Source of the DNA: Planctomycetota bacterium
GTDB lineage: Bacteria; Planctomycetota; GCA-002687715; CAIWVZ01
Reading direction: 5' to 3'
Length of the DNA: 64,000 nt
NCBI GenBank assembly: GCA_044222185.1
Contig: JBGANV010000007.1
Span: forward strand, 160,001 to 224,000
Both the position numbers and the translations under genes were made by a program. This document shows positions 38,130-48,435 of the stretch, piece by piece (the stretch's first letter is position 1; the number at the start of each line of letters is the position of its first letter). The notes below the pieces were generated by a model that did no database searches, was not told the origin of the DNA, and saw only the letters and a program-made list of their open reading frames with translations.

Positions 38130-39233
38130 ATGAGCGAACGCCGCATCCCGACGTACGGCACGTACCTTCAGCTGCAGAAACTCCTCTCGGCGCAGCGTCC
38201 GCCAGACTACGCCAGGCTCGCCCCGGGCGACCCGGCCGACACGGCGACACGTGACCTGCTCCACCACGACGAGCACCTGTTCATCGTCGTCCACCAGGTC
38301 TTCGAGCTGTGGTTCAACCTGATCCTCCACGAGCTCGACTTCGCGCGTGACCTTCTGGGACGTACGCAGGTCGCGAGCCGCACGGAGACCGTCGCGGAGC
38401 GCGACATCCCCAACATCGTCGCGACCGTCGAACGTGTGAACGAGATCCTCCGCATCGGAGCCACGAACTTCCGGGTGATCGAGACCATGCACCCGATCAA
38501 CTTCCTCCACTTCCGCGATGCCATCAGCCCGGCCAGCGGATTCCAGTCGTTCCAGTTCCGTGAACTGGAGATCCTCGCAGGGTTGCCCGAGGCCCACCGG
38601 GAGCGAGCAGGCGGCGGGTCGTACTCGCTCTACCTCAACGCGGAGGATCGCGCTCGTCTCGAGCGCCGCCTGAAGGAGATGACGCTGAAGGACGCCCTCC
38701 TCGATTGGCTGCGGCGCACCCCGATCGAAAAGGCCTATCCGAACTTCGCACCGGACTTCATCGCCGCGTTCGATCGCTATGCGGACGAGCAGATCGCCGT
38801 CCAGGAGGGCAATCCGCACCTGACCCCCGGCGAGCACGCGCTCGCGACCCGTCGCTCGGAAGAGCTCAAGAAATCCGTTCGCGAGTACTTCAACGGCCAC
38901 GACGACGGGCTGAACAGTGCCCATCGTGCCTTCGTGTTCATCGCAACCTACCGCGACGAGCCGCTGCTGCGCTGGCCGAGCGTGTTGCTCGACCGCCTCG
39001 TCGAGTTCGAGCAGAGCTTCCGCGAATTTCGCTTCCGCCACGCGCGGATGGTCGAGCGCATGATCGGCCTCCGCGTGGGCACCGGCGGATCCCCCGGCCT
39101 CTCGTATCTCGAACAGACGGCCAACTATCGGATCTTCGGTCAGCTTCTCGAGGCGCGAAACTTCCTCATCGCGCGCCGCTACCTGAAGGATGTGCCTCGC
39201 CCGGAGGTCCTGCGCTTCCGCTTCGGCGAGTGA
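38130..39233 (+). CDS. kynA: Tryptophan 2,3-dioxygenase
   Basis: Y..YL.L.KLLS.Q, HDEHLFI.VHQ..ELWF, SGFQS.QFRELE, H..MVERMIG...GTGGS.G..YL. Confidence 0.95.
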   Translation: MSERRIPTYGTYLQLQKLLSAQRPPDYARLAPGDPADTATRDLLHHDEHLFIVVHQVFELWFNLILHELDFARDLLGRTQVASRTETVAERDIPNIVATVERVNEILRIGATNFRVIETMHPINFLHFRDAISPASGFQSFQFRELEILAGLPEAHRERAGGGSYSLYLNAEDRARLERRLKEMTLKDALLDWLRRTPIEKAYPNFAPDFIAAFDRYADEQIAVQEGNPHLTPGEHALATRRSEELKKSVREYFNGHDDGLNSAHRAFVFIATYRDEPLLRWPSVLLDRLVEFEQSFREFRFRHARMVERMIGLRVGTGGSPGLSYLEQTANYRIFGQLLEARNFLIARRYLKDVPRPEVLRFRFGE

Positions 39234-39411
39234 GGCGGGACGCGACGCTCGACCGTCGCACGATCGCACGCTGCGTCGAGCGCGTTCGCGCGATGACCAT
39301 GCGCGTTCGTGCGATGTTGCAACGTCGCGACCTCCTTCTCGCAGCCGGCTGAAAGATCGATAGTCGACCCACGTTCGACGAGAGCACCTGCTGCAACCGG
39401 AGGAGGCATTC

Positions 39412-40917
39412 ATGACCTCGCGCATTCGCATCGTGTTCGTCGTCGTTCTCAGCGTCGTGGTGTTCGTGTCCTGCGGAGGTGGGGGAGGCGGGTCGTCCGG
39501 AAATGCGGGCACGATCGGTTTCGGAAGCGCGTCGTTCGCCGCGCGTGAAAACGGGGACGTGGTGACGCCGATCACGCTTCGACGAACCGGCGGTTCCAAG
39601 GGGCGCGTCTCGGTGGTCGTCACGTCCCACGACGGTTCCGCGTCGAGTGACCCAAGCTCGCTCGTGGAGCCCGTCGACTACGCGGCGGTGACGACGATCG
39701 TGACGTTCGAGGATGGCGACTCGGCGGACAAAGTCGTCGAGTTCCCGGCGATCGTCCATGACGGGCTCCCCGAACAGGACGAAGGCTTCGAAGTCCAGCT
39801 CTCGGACGCCACGGGGGGTGCAGCGATCGATGGTGCGAGAGCCACGGCGGCGGTTGCGCTGCTCGATGACGACGACGTGTTGTGCCTCACGGCACAGACA
39901 CCGGCTGGGGGCGAGCTCTTCGGCAGGGTCGTCGTCAGGGCCGGGCAACGCCTCGCTGTGACGGCGCCGGCGCGCGGATCGGGAACGGGCGCTGTCGACG
40001 TCTTCGACCTGACCAGCGGAGCCCGCGTCGCCGAGTTGACCAATCCCACCCCGGTCGCCCCCGGGCCATGGCCGTTCGGCGCGGCGTTGGCCGCCGATGG
40101 GAACAGCCTCGCCGTCTCCTCCGTCGGCGCGGTGCACCTCTTCGACGTCACGAACATCGCCCTCGTTGCCACGCTGCCCGGTGCCCCCGCGACAGGGCGT
40201 GCGATCGGGTTGCTCGCGGACGGCGTCGTTTCGCCGGACTTGAGCCCGACGGTCCTGAAGCTCATCGATCGCGCGACTGGGGCCGTCAGTCAGTCCCTTC
40301 CGGTCGTCGGGAACGTGATCTCGGCGCTGACCTGCAGCCTCGCGACGAACGGTTCCACCATGCTGCTCGGGTTGCCGCATGGCGGCGCCCAGGTGACTTC
40401 GCCTGGACTCGTTCGAGTCCTTGCTGCGACGCCCATCGCCGTGACGATGCAGATCGATGACCCGGCGCAGCAGCCCGGAAGCCGTTTCGGCTGGACCGTC
40501 GCCTACTACGGCGAATTCCTCGTCGTCGGCGCGAACGGTGACTCGGGGGTCGCGCCGCAGGCGGGAGCCATCCACGTGTTCGATGCCACGACGGGAGCCC
40601 TCGTCCGCACGGTGACATCGCCGGCGCCGGTGACGGACGGGAAGTTCGGGAACGCCCTCGCGACCGTGGGCCCCTACCTGGCCGTTCAGGAGGCGGGCGG
40701 TGGCCCGTCGGCTACGGGCCGCGTCTACGTCTTCGACGGGTCGTTCGACGTCGTGAAGACGATCGACGATCCGGCTCCGGCTTCGACGGTTGCATCGCCG
40801 GGCTCGTTCGGGAAGGCCCTGGCAGAGTTGGACGGCACGCTGTGCATCGGCGCCATGGCGACCACGGTCGATGGCCACGCCGACGCTGGCGCCGTCTACC
40901 TGGTCCGCCCCAACTGA
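39412..40917 (+). CDS. Lipoprotein with Calx-beta domain and FG-GAP-like propeller
   Basis: Lipobox-like VSC-GGGGG; DY.....VTF.DG...K and DEGFEVQLS; FG..VA...L.VGA...AGA.YV repeats; SD GGAGGAGG. Confidence 0.8.
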   Translation: MTSRIRIVFVVVLSVVVFVSCGGGGGGSSGNAGTIGFGSASFAARENGDVVTPITLRRTGGSKGRVSVVVTSHDGSASSDPSSLVEPVDYAAVTTIVTFEDGDSADKVVEFPAIVHDGLPEQDEGFEVQLSDATGGAAIDGARATAAVALLDDDDVLCLTAQTPAGGELFGRVVVRAGQRLAVTAPARGSGTGAVDVFDLTSGARVAELTNPTPVAPGPWPFGAALAADGNSLAVSSVGAVHLFDVTNIALVATLPGAPATGRAIGLLADGVVSPDLSPTVLKLIDRATGAVSQSLPVVGNVISALTCSLATNGSTMLLGLPHGGAQVTSPGLVRVLAATPIAVTMQIDDPAQQPGSRFGWTVAYYGEFLVVGANGDSGVAPQAGAIHVFDATTGALVRTVTSPAPVTDGKFGNALATVGPYLAVQEAGGGPSATGRVYVFDGSFDVVKTIDDPAPASTVASPGSFGKALAELDGTLCIGAMATTVDGHADAGAVYLVRPN

Positions 40918-40953
40918 CGTCGGCGCGGTGACCCGGCGCGGGAAGCGTGCTCG

Positions 40954-41601
40954 TCACCCGCGCGGGATCAGCACCGTTGCGGGCACTTCGATGTACTTCA
41001 CGAGGATGGCGACCTTCGCGTGTTCGCCCTCGACGACGGCGGTGAAGACGATGCGCCACACCTGCTTCGATTTGTCGAGCACGCGGGCGACGTACTTGTC
41101 GACGGGGTGCCAGGGGCCATCCGGCGTGTCCCCGTGCTGCATCTGCTCGATCTCGATGATCTTCGGGTAGCCCTGATCCGCGAGGGCCTTCTGGATCGCC
41201 GGGCTCGGGTGGATCGGGATCGACGTGCACCCGACGCGTTGGTTGTTGGCGTCGTAGTACTCGGTGAACGGGCGGAAGCCGGATCGCGAGTACGTGATGC
41301 GCCACGAGCCGGGCCCGCAGCCGGGCGCGCTCTCGCAAGTGAAGTTCCAGCCCGGGTGCTTGTCCCGCGCGATCTCCGCCAGCTTCTCCGGGCAGTCGCT
41401 CACGGGATCGACGATGCCGCTGATTCGTCCCATGGAGTCGGCCCAGATCTCGGTCCGCATGGCCTCGCGGTCACCGGAGCCATGTCCGCCCTGGTGGGAC
41501 CCATCGGCGCAGCACCCACCAAGCACCAGGAGCCCGATGACGCAACAGATTGTCTTCACGACGAGTCCTCCGAGCGGGATTCCACGTTCGAACCACTCCA
41601 T
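40954..41601 (-). CDS. Hypothetical secreted or lipoprotein, Cys-containing
   Basis: Fills the gap between neighbours, typical high-GC codon use, hydrophobic N-terminus ending GGCC; start may be GTG near 41559. Confidence 0.6.
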   Translation of the reverse strand: MEWFERGIPLGGLVVKTICCVIGLLVLGGCCADGSHQGGHGSGDREAMRTEIWADSMGRISGIVDPVSDCPEKLAEIARDKHPGWNFTCESAPGCGPGSWRITYSRSGFRPFTEYYDANNQRVGCTSIPIHPSPAIQKALADQGYPKIIEIEQMQHGDTPDGPWHPVDKYVARVLDKSKQVWRIVFTAVVEGEHAKVAILVKYIEVPATVLIPRG

Positions 41602-41666
41602 TCCCGGCCCGCATGATCGCGGTCAGGGAGATCGCCTTCAACGCCTCTCGTGCCGTCCGGACCGAG

Positions 41667-44600
41667 CTACTCCTCGAGACCGAACTGCTGACGTTCGTCC
41701 GGGCGGAGCGCGCGGGGCAGTGCCTTCGTGGCCGCGGAGACCGCGTCCAACGGCCAGCTTCTCACGCGTCCGGAGGCATCGAGCACGAACGCCCGCGCGT
41801 CATCCGGTGCGATGGCGACGCGGATCGGACGCGCCGCCGAGTCGAGTCGGATGCTCCCGACCACCGCACCGGTCTCCGCCATCCACAGGCGAAGCGTCAT
41901 GTCCTCGCCGACGGTGACGAGGATTCGGCCGTCCGACGTGAAAGCGGCGGCTGTCGCCGTTCGGGCGTGCCCCAGGTAGGACCGCAGGGACTGGTATGGC
42001 GGGCGCGTGGAGAACAGCTCGGCTGCGCCGTCTCCGCAAAGCACCAGGATCGCCGCTCCGTCCGGCGTGAAGACCGCATCGACCGCTGGCGCCGCCGACC
42101 TGGGTACGAGCTCCGCGAGGAGGGCGCCCGTGTGTCCGTCGTGCAGGAGTGCGGAGCCCCGGTGTTGCGGGAGTGCGAGCGTGGCCGCGTGTCGCCCACG
42201 AGGGCCGACGGCGACGAAGAACCGCTGCGCCCTCGGATCGAGCAGCTGCACCACCTGTCCCGTGTCCAGGTGGAGGACCCGTTTTCCGTGAGGCGGCGCG
42301 TCGAAGCCCACTGCGGTCGCGTCGTCGGAGAACGTCAGGAACGGCACGTCCGGGTGTTCCACGTTCGCAGAGGCGAGCCGCGTCCCGGACCGGATGTCGT
42401 CGACCACCACGTGCTGCTCGCCGTCGAAGTACCCGACGAGGCCTTCCTTCGGGCCATGGACTGCGTTGCCGGATTCGAAGAGGGTGCCGAGCGGGTGGGT
42501 CGACCGCGCGTCGATCTCCCGCGCACGGCGTTTGAACCACGCTGGTGTGTCGACCGGCGAGTCCACGGGTCTGCCGTCGTGTACGGTGACGCGTGCGCCG
42601 CCCCTGGGGTCGAGGTCGGGGCACAGCCGATGAGCCGTGACGGGATCGGGGGGCGTCTGGTCCGGGCGACCGACGAGGCTCCATAGACGGACGGTGTGGT
42701 CCTTCGACGACGAGGTGGCGAGGACGTCGCCGCGTGCGCTGAAGGCGGCGCCGTCCACCAGGTCGACGTGACCAAGGAGCTCGGTGCGCGTCACCGCGGG
42801 CGGCGGCCCCGTGACGACCGGTCTCGAGCCGTTGAGACTCAACGTGAATCGTCCGTCTCGAGAGTGGGTGGCGACGCGATCCGCTTGGATGTCGACGCTC
42901 CCCGTGGGCGGCGGCACGACCTCCCAGGTCGAAGGGTCATAGACCGTGACGTTGTTCCCGTTTCGCCGAACGACGAGGCGGTCCGGTCCCTGAATCATCC
43001 CGATGGCACCGTCGAAGTCGGGACGCGATCCTTCGGGGACGAGGATCGTCGTCCGGGTGCCATCGACCGGGTTCCAGATCTCCACGCCTCCGCGCGCGAG
43101 GACCACGCCGACCTGCGTGTCGGACCCGGCGAAGAGCACTTGCCTCAGGGAGGACTCCCGGGTGATGACTGTCGTCTTGATCTGACGACCGTCGGCGGCG
43201 GACCACAGGCCGATGCCGTGTCCCGTCGACGTGAGGATCAGTCCGTCCTTCGGCCGAACGACGACGTCGGTCACGAGCTCGGCATGTTCGAGCCGCTTGA
43301 TGAGCGTGGCCGACTCCAGATCCCACAAGGCGGCATTCGCGGTTCGCCCCATGGCGAAGATGACGAGGCGCTTCGTTCGACCGTCGACTGCCAGCTTCGA
43401 TGGATCGACGACGCCCGTCTCGATGGTGCGCCGCACGATGCCGTCGAACCCGAGGACGCGGACGATTCCCCGCGGGTTGGCCACGGCGATCGTCTCGCCA
43501 TCGGCATCCCAGGCGGCGACCGCGACGTCTTCGAGCGTCGCGATCTCGTGCAGCGAATCGAGCGCGCGGTAGATCGCCTCGGTCGCGAACACGTCGTGGC
43601 CCATGCGTGCGCTCTCGAGCGCGAGGTGAAGCGCCCGCGCCGGGTCGTGAGCGACTTCCGAATCCGACTGGAGGCGGAACAGCAGCGCCTTCTGTTTTCG
43701 GAACGCCAGCTCCTGGCTGCGCAGCATGGCGAGCGTCGTCCCGAGGGCGATCACGAGCAGCACGAAGACGAGCGATGCAAGCGTGGCCGTGAGCGGGTTC
43801 CGGCGCGCCCACCGGGCGGCACGGACCGCGGGCGTGATGGGGCGTGCGAGGATCGGCTCGTGCACCCGCACGCGGCGGAGATCCTCGGCAAACGCAGCCG
43901 CCGACCGGTACCGCCGCTCGCGGTCCTTCTGCAGCGCCGTCTCGATGACCGTCCGCAGATCGTGTGAGATCACGGGGTTCAATCGACGCGGATCCGCCGG
44001 CTCTCGGGCACGGATTTCGTCGAAGAGGGCTTCATCGGTCTGGCCCTCGAACGGTCGATGCAGCGTCAGGGCCTCGTACAGCGTCACGCCGAGCGACCAG
44101 ACGTCGGTTCTGTGATCGACGGGGGGGCCGGATTTCGCCAGCTGCTCCGGCGACATGTAGTGGAAGGTCCCGAGCAGGCAACCCTCGGAGAGGCTGCTCG
44201 CCTCTGCCGAGAGACTGCGCGCGAGCCCGAAATCCACGATCACCGGCTGGCCCTGCGGCGTGACGATGATGTTGCCCGGCTTCACGTCGCGGTGGATGAC
44301 CGCGGCTTCGTGCGCGGCCTGGAGGGCGCGAGCGCATTGCTCGATCATCTCGAGAGTCTGGGCGATCTCGGTCCGGGTAGGGAGAGCCGACCGCGGCGGC
44401 TCGGGCACGGCCGACGGCGTCGCGCGGCGGGGTGTGCTCGGGTGAACGTCGACGAAGGTCGAGGCCAGGCCAGCCTCGCGTGCGTCACGAATGCGCGACG
44501 CGAGGGTCGTGCCCTCCACGTAGCGCATCGCGATGAACGGGCGACCGTCGTCGACGCCCACGTCGTAGACGGTACAGATGCCCGGATGATCGAGGCAGGA

Positions 44601-45002
44601 CGCCAGCTCTCCTTCGCGCTGGAACCGCTTGAACACGTCGTCGCTCTGCAGGCTCCGCCACCGGAGCACCTTCAACGCCACGAAGCGATGGAGAACGGTG
44701 TCGCGCGCAAGGTAGACCACCCCCTGCCCGCCGGAACCGAGTGCGCGGATGACCTCGTAGTGGCCAATGGTCTCCGGCTGTGGAGCCGCGACGTGCGCGC
44801 GCGGCGCGGAAGGGTCCACGTCGCAGGACGTGGGACTCAGTCGCTCGAACGCCGCGAACTCCTCGTGGATCTGCTGCTCGAGCTCCGGGAATCTGCGGAC
44901 GTAGTGCGATGCAGGGAACACGCGCCCGTGATCCCGGTCATCGAAAAACTCGGCCAGAAAGAGGTCCAGGCCGGTCGGCTGATAAGGGGTGGAATGCGAC
45001 AT
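41667..45002 (-). CDS. Ser/Thr protein kinase with TM segment and WD40 repeats
   Basis: GSGGQG, VALK, HRDVKPGN, DFG, YMSPEQ, DVWSLG; W.RRNP + TM; GH...D.TVRLW repeats. Confidence 0.93.
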   Translation of the reverse strand: MSHSTPYQPTGLDLFLAEFFDDRDHGRVFPASHYVRRFPELEQQIHEEFAAFERLSPTSCDVDPSAPRAHVAAPQPETIGHYEVIRALGSGGQGVVYLARDTVLHRFVALKVLRWRSLQSDDVFKRFQREGELASCLDHPGICTVYDVGVDDGRPFIAMRYVEGTTLASRIRDAREAGLASTFVDVHPSTPRRATPSAVPEPPRSALPTRTEIAQTLEMIEQCARALQAAHEAAVIHRDVKPGNIIVTPQGQPVIVDFGLARSLSAEASSLSEGCLLGTFHYMSPEQLAKSGPPVDHRTDVWSLGVTLYEALTLHRPFEGQTDEALFDEIRAREPADPRRLNPVISHDLRTVIETALQKDRERRYRSAAAFAEDLRRVRVHEPILARPITPAVRAARWARRNPLTATLASLVFVLLVIALGTTLAMLRSQELAFRKQKALLFRLQSDSEVAHDPARALHLALESARMGHDVFATEAIYRALDSLHEIATLEDVAVAAWDADGETIAVANPRGIVRVLGFDGIVRRTIETGVVDPSKLAVDGRTKRLVIFAMGRTANAALWDLESATLIKRLEHAELVTDVVVRPKDGLILTSTGHGIGLWSAADGRQIKTTVITRESSLRQVLFAGSDTQVGVVLARGGVEIWNPVDGTRTTILVPEGSRPDFDGAIGMIQGPDRLVVRRNGNNVTVYDPSTWEVVPPPTGSVDIQADRVATHSRDGRFTLSLNGSRPVVTGPPPAVTRTELLGHVDLVDGAAFSARGDVLATSSSKDHTVRLWSLVGRPDQTPPDPVTAHRLCPDLDPRGGARVTVHDGRPVDSPVDTPAWFKRRAREIDARSTHPLGTLFESGNAVHGPKEGLVGYFDGEQHVVVDDIRSGTRLASANVEHPDVPFLTFSDDATAVGFDAPPHGKRVLHLDTGQVVQLLDPRAQRFFVAVGPRGRHAATLALPQHRGSALLHDGHTGALLAELVPRSAAPAVDAVFTPDGAAILVLCGDGAAELFSTRPPYQSLRSYLGHARTATAAAFTSDGRILVTVGEDMTLRLWMAETGAVVGSIRLDSAARPIRVAIAPDDARAFVLDASGRVRSWPLDAVSAATKALPRALRPDERQQFGLEE

Positions 45003-45077
45003 GGGCCGACGGAGGTTGAAGCGTCGTCGGCGGCAGAAAAGTGACAGGGCGCCGAGGCCTGGCCCGGCGGCGGCAAA

Positions 45078-46244
45078 TCACGCGGGGGGCGAAGGTTCGG
45101 AAGGCGGGCCAGGTGGCCTGTCGTGGATCTCGTACCGAAGGAGCCTGCACTCGATCGGGCCGACCATCACCGGGAATCTGCGAGCCGCTTTCATGCCCAG
45201 ATGCCGGGTGACTTCCGAGTTGCCCGACAGCACGCAAGCGTTCGCGCCGGGGGCGTGACGCTTCAGGAATGCGCCGAGCGCGCGCCAGGAGATGATGAGG
45301 TCGTCTCCCTCGCCCAGGCGCTCGCCCCAAGGCGGGTTCGTGTAGACCCAGGCGGGCTTGGACGGGGGCACCCAGTCGTCCAGGTCGGCGTTCGTGAAGG
45401 TGACGATGTCGGCGACACCGGCGGCGACGGCGCCGCGCTGAGCGAGAGCGAGGGCGCCGGGGTGACGATCGGCACCGGCGATCATGAACGGCAACGTCGA
45501 TCGCGCGCGGGAGCGGGCGTCCGCCACGAGGCCAGCCCAGCCGACTGCGTCGAAATCGGGCCAGCGGTGGAACGCGAACGTGCGATCGATGCCCGGCGCC
45601 CGATCGGCGGCCATCATCGCCGCTTCGATGACGAACGTCCCCGAGCCGCACATGGGATCGATGAGCGGCGACTTCCGATCCCACCCGCCGACCATGAGGA
45701 GGCCCGCGGCCGTCGCCTCGTTGAGCGGGCTCTTGACCTGGATCGGGCGCCAGCCGCGCTTGTGCAAGCTGTCGCCGGAAAGATCCCGGTACACCGTGGC
45801 CACGTCGCGGTTCAGGACGAGCTTCAGGGGAACGTGCGGGTTCTCGGTGTCGACGCTCGGGCGTCGGCCTGCGACCTTGCGGAACCTGTCGACGACGGCG
45901 TCTTTCACCGTCAGCGCGGCGAAGCCCGAGTGCGTCACCTCGGAGTCGCGCACCGACGCGTCGACGGCGAGCGTCTGGTCGACGCTCATCATCTGCTCCC
46001 ACGGCAGCTCGGTGACGAGGGCATGCAGCGCCTCGCGGCCACGTGCCTTTCCGCGGACGAGCATCTCCTGCAACCGGACGGCAGTTCGGAGCCACAACGC
46101 GGCGCGATATCCGCCCAGGCGATCGGTCGTGAACGACACGCCGCCCCGTTTGGGCTCGATCTGCGTGGCGCCCAGTGCTTCGAGTTCGGACTGGAGGGCG
46201 GTTTCGAGGCCGAGGGAACAGGCTGCGAAGTACTCGGATGACAT
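45078..46244 (-). CDS. THUMP-domain class I RNA methyltransferase (RlmL/YpsC-like)
   Basis: GLE..L..EL, SG.SLHKRG.R, PLNEA.AAG, DPMCGSGT, TNPPWG.R; start set at ATG 46244. Confidence 0.9.
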   Translation of the reverse strand: MSSEYFAACSLGLETALQSELEALGATQIEPKRGGVSFTTDRLGGYRAALWLRTAVRLQEMLVRGKARGREALHALVTELPWEQMMSVDQTLAVDASVRDSEVTHSGFAALTVKDAVVDRFRKVAGRRPSVDTENPHVPLKLVLNRDVATVYRDLSGDSLHKRGWRPIQVKSPLNEATAAGLLMVGGWDRKSPLIDPMCGSGTFVIEAAMMAADRAPGIDRTFAFHRWPDFDAVGWAGLVADARSRARSTLPFMIAGADRHPGALALAQRGAVAAGVADIVTFTNADLDDWVPPSKPAWVYTNPPWGERLGEGDDLIISWRALGAFLKRHAPGANACVLSGNSEVTRHLGMKAARRFPVMVGPIECRLLRYEIHDRPPGPPSEPSPPA

Positions 46245-46403
46245 CGTGGATGCTGCGGCGGGTCGAGGCCCCGCGCGCGCCAAGACCATTCCGAGGTGCC
46301 CGGCTTCGCAGGGAGGCGCGGGATTCTGCCGATCAACACCGGGGGAGGGAAGCGCGGGCCGATTCCGGGGTTCCGGATTGCCGTTGCGCTTGCAGGCCGC
46401 TCG

Positions 46404-47597
46404 ATGCTGATTGCCACATGGATTTGCTGCGTTGCCGCCGTGGCCGTCGTCTGTGCCGAATGGGGCGCACGACTGTGGCTGCGTCATCGCGACGCCTGGT
46501 TCGTCTGGCGGCCCGGTTCCCGGATCCACATGAAGACCGACCCGACGGTCCTGCCCGACATGGAACGCCTGGTGCGGTTCGAGGTGAACTCGCAGGGGGA
46601 ACGGGGGAGCGAGCCGCCAGCGGATCCGGCGGGGACGTACCGCATCCTCGTAGCCGGTGGGAGCGCGGCCGAGTGCTACTTCCTCGATCAGCCGTCGACG
46701 TGGCCCGAGGTCATGCGGGCGGCGCTGGAACGCGCGCTGCCGCGGCGTGACGCATCCATCCGACACGTGCACGTGGGCAACATCGGCAAGTCGCTCGTCT
46801 CGACGGAGCACGTGGATGAGGTGCTTCGTCGGATCCGTCGTGATCGCCCCAAGCTCGACCTGCTGATCCTCATGACGGGCGCGAGCAACGTGGCGAACTG
46901 GCTGGGCAAGGGAGCGCCGACCGAGATCGCCGAGCTCAGCGCCGTTCCGCACGGTGTGTTCGAGGTGCGGCCCGACGGACCCTTCGGCTGGCGGCGTGAG
47001 ACCTGTGCTCTGGCGGAGGTGTGGCGGAGTTGGCGCGCCGCGCACCTGCGGCCGATCGCCGTCCGCGAGCGCGCCGGCGAGCGCCTGGGCCGTGCCCGCG
47101 CGATGCGCCGCCGCGCTCGTGACATCCGCACCGATGTGCCCTCGCCGGAGGTGATGGTCGCCCATTTCGAGCGTCGGTTTCGCGACCTCCTCCGCCAAAG
47201 CCGCGAGGTTGCCGAGCGCGTACTCGTCGTGCGCCAGCCGTGGTTCAAGAAGGATGCGTACTCGGCCGAGGAGATCGCCGCGTTCTGGCACGGCGCTGCC
47301 GGCAATCCCTACGTCGGCGACGTCACCACCTACTACTCCGTCGAGCGCGTCGAACAGCTCGTGTCGATGGTCGATGCCCGCGTCGAGGCCGTGAGTCGCG
47401 AGCAGGGCGTCGAGCAGGTGGATCTCATGCCGCACCTCTCCCACACCCTCGAGACCTTCTACGACTTCTGGCACTTCACCCCGCAGGGCGCCGCCGTCGT
47501 CGGTCAGGTCGTGGCAGATGCGGTGGTGTCGCGTGTGCCGAGCCCGGCTCCACCGCGCGAGCCACGCGATCGGCCGGTGGAAGTCGCGAGTCGATAG
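46404..47597 (+). CDS. SGNH/GDSL hydrolase-like protein with N-terminal membrane anchor
   Basis: NSQGERG, ILVAGGSA, HVGNIG.S, D.WHFT.QG. Confidence 0.75.
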   Translation: MLIATWICCVAAVAVVCAEWGARLWLRHRDAWFVWRPGSRIHMKTDPTVLPDMERLVRFEVNSQGERGSEPPADPAGTYRILVAGGSAAECYFLDQPSTWPEVMRAALERALPRRDASIRHVHVGNIGKSLVSTEHVDEVLRRIRRDRPKLDLLILMTGASNVANWLGKGAPTEIAELSAVPHGVFEVRPDGPFGWRRETCALAEVWRSWRAAHLRPIAVRERAGERLGRARAMRRRARDIRTDVPSPEVMVAHFERRFRDLLRQSREVAERVLVVRQPWFKKDAYSAEEIAAFWHGAAGNPYVGDVTTYYSVERVEQLVSMVDARVEAVSREQGVEQVDLMPHLSHTLETFYDFWHFTPQGAAVVGQVVADAVVSRVPSPAPPREPRDRPVEVASR

Positions 47598-47715
47598 GCA
47601 CTCGGAAGCATTGGCGGCCGGGCGACCGCTCCCCTGCCCGTGGTGAATCACGTCGTTCTTGCGTCACTCGATCTGATCGCGACCACGCATCCACTCGACT
47701 CTCGCACCCAGCACA

Positions 47716-48414
47716 TTGTCTCCGTACGACGAATTCGTCGGCGCGCAGGCGCAGAACAGATGCGGCTGGATCCTCGCAGTCGAGGGAAGTCCGAGGATCG
47801 CCCTCGAGATGCAGCCACCCTTCCACGAGCTCCACTTCATCGACCTGAACGAGGACAAGACCGAGGCGCTCGAGAAGCTCTGCGAGGGGAAGCCGGCGAG
47901 CGTGTATGCCGACGATGCGAATCACGTCCTGCCCAACGTGATCTTCCCCACGTGTCGTTTCGATCAGTTCGTTCGCGCTCTCTGCCTTCTTGATCCATGC
48001 GGACTACACGTCAACTGGAACGTGCTCATGGCGGCTGCTGCGACCAAGGTCGTCGAGGTCGTCTACCACCTCTCGATCGTGGACATCAGCCGGAACGTCC
48101 GTAGAGGATCATCGGATTCGATCGCTCCCGATGACGCCGCGCGAATGACCGCCGCGTGGGGGGATGAGTCTTGGAAGACAGGAGTCTTCGAGACCACACC
48201 GGGCCTCTTCGGCGAAGTGGAGGAACGGCGTGAGTACAACGAGGTCGCGAAGGCGTTCAAGAAACGACTCGAGAGCGTTGCGGGGTTCCCGCACGTCGTC
48301 GAACCGCTTCTGCTGAGGAATCGCCAAAACGCACCCCTCTATTGGCTCTTCTTCGCGGGCCCGAACGAAACCGGCGCGAAGATCGTGCGGGACATCTTCA
48401 ACACATACAGATGA
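47716..48414 (+). pseudogene. tcmP: Three-Cys-motif partner (TcmP-like) gene, apparently 5'-truncated
   Basis: EGSPRIAL, D.N, LLDP.GL...W, WGDESWK, PLYWLFFA, GAKI..DIF; I could not find the usual N-terminal YID.FAG motif upstream; adjacent to DUF5131. Confidence 0.7.
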
Positions 48415-48435
48415 AGTAGACTCGGCAGGACGAAC

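Noticed and set aside
46245-47651. Long N-terminal extension of the THUMP methyltransferase ORF
   Set aside because: Mostly antisense to the SGNH-like gene; homology starts at ATG 46244
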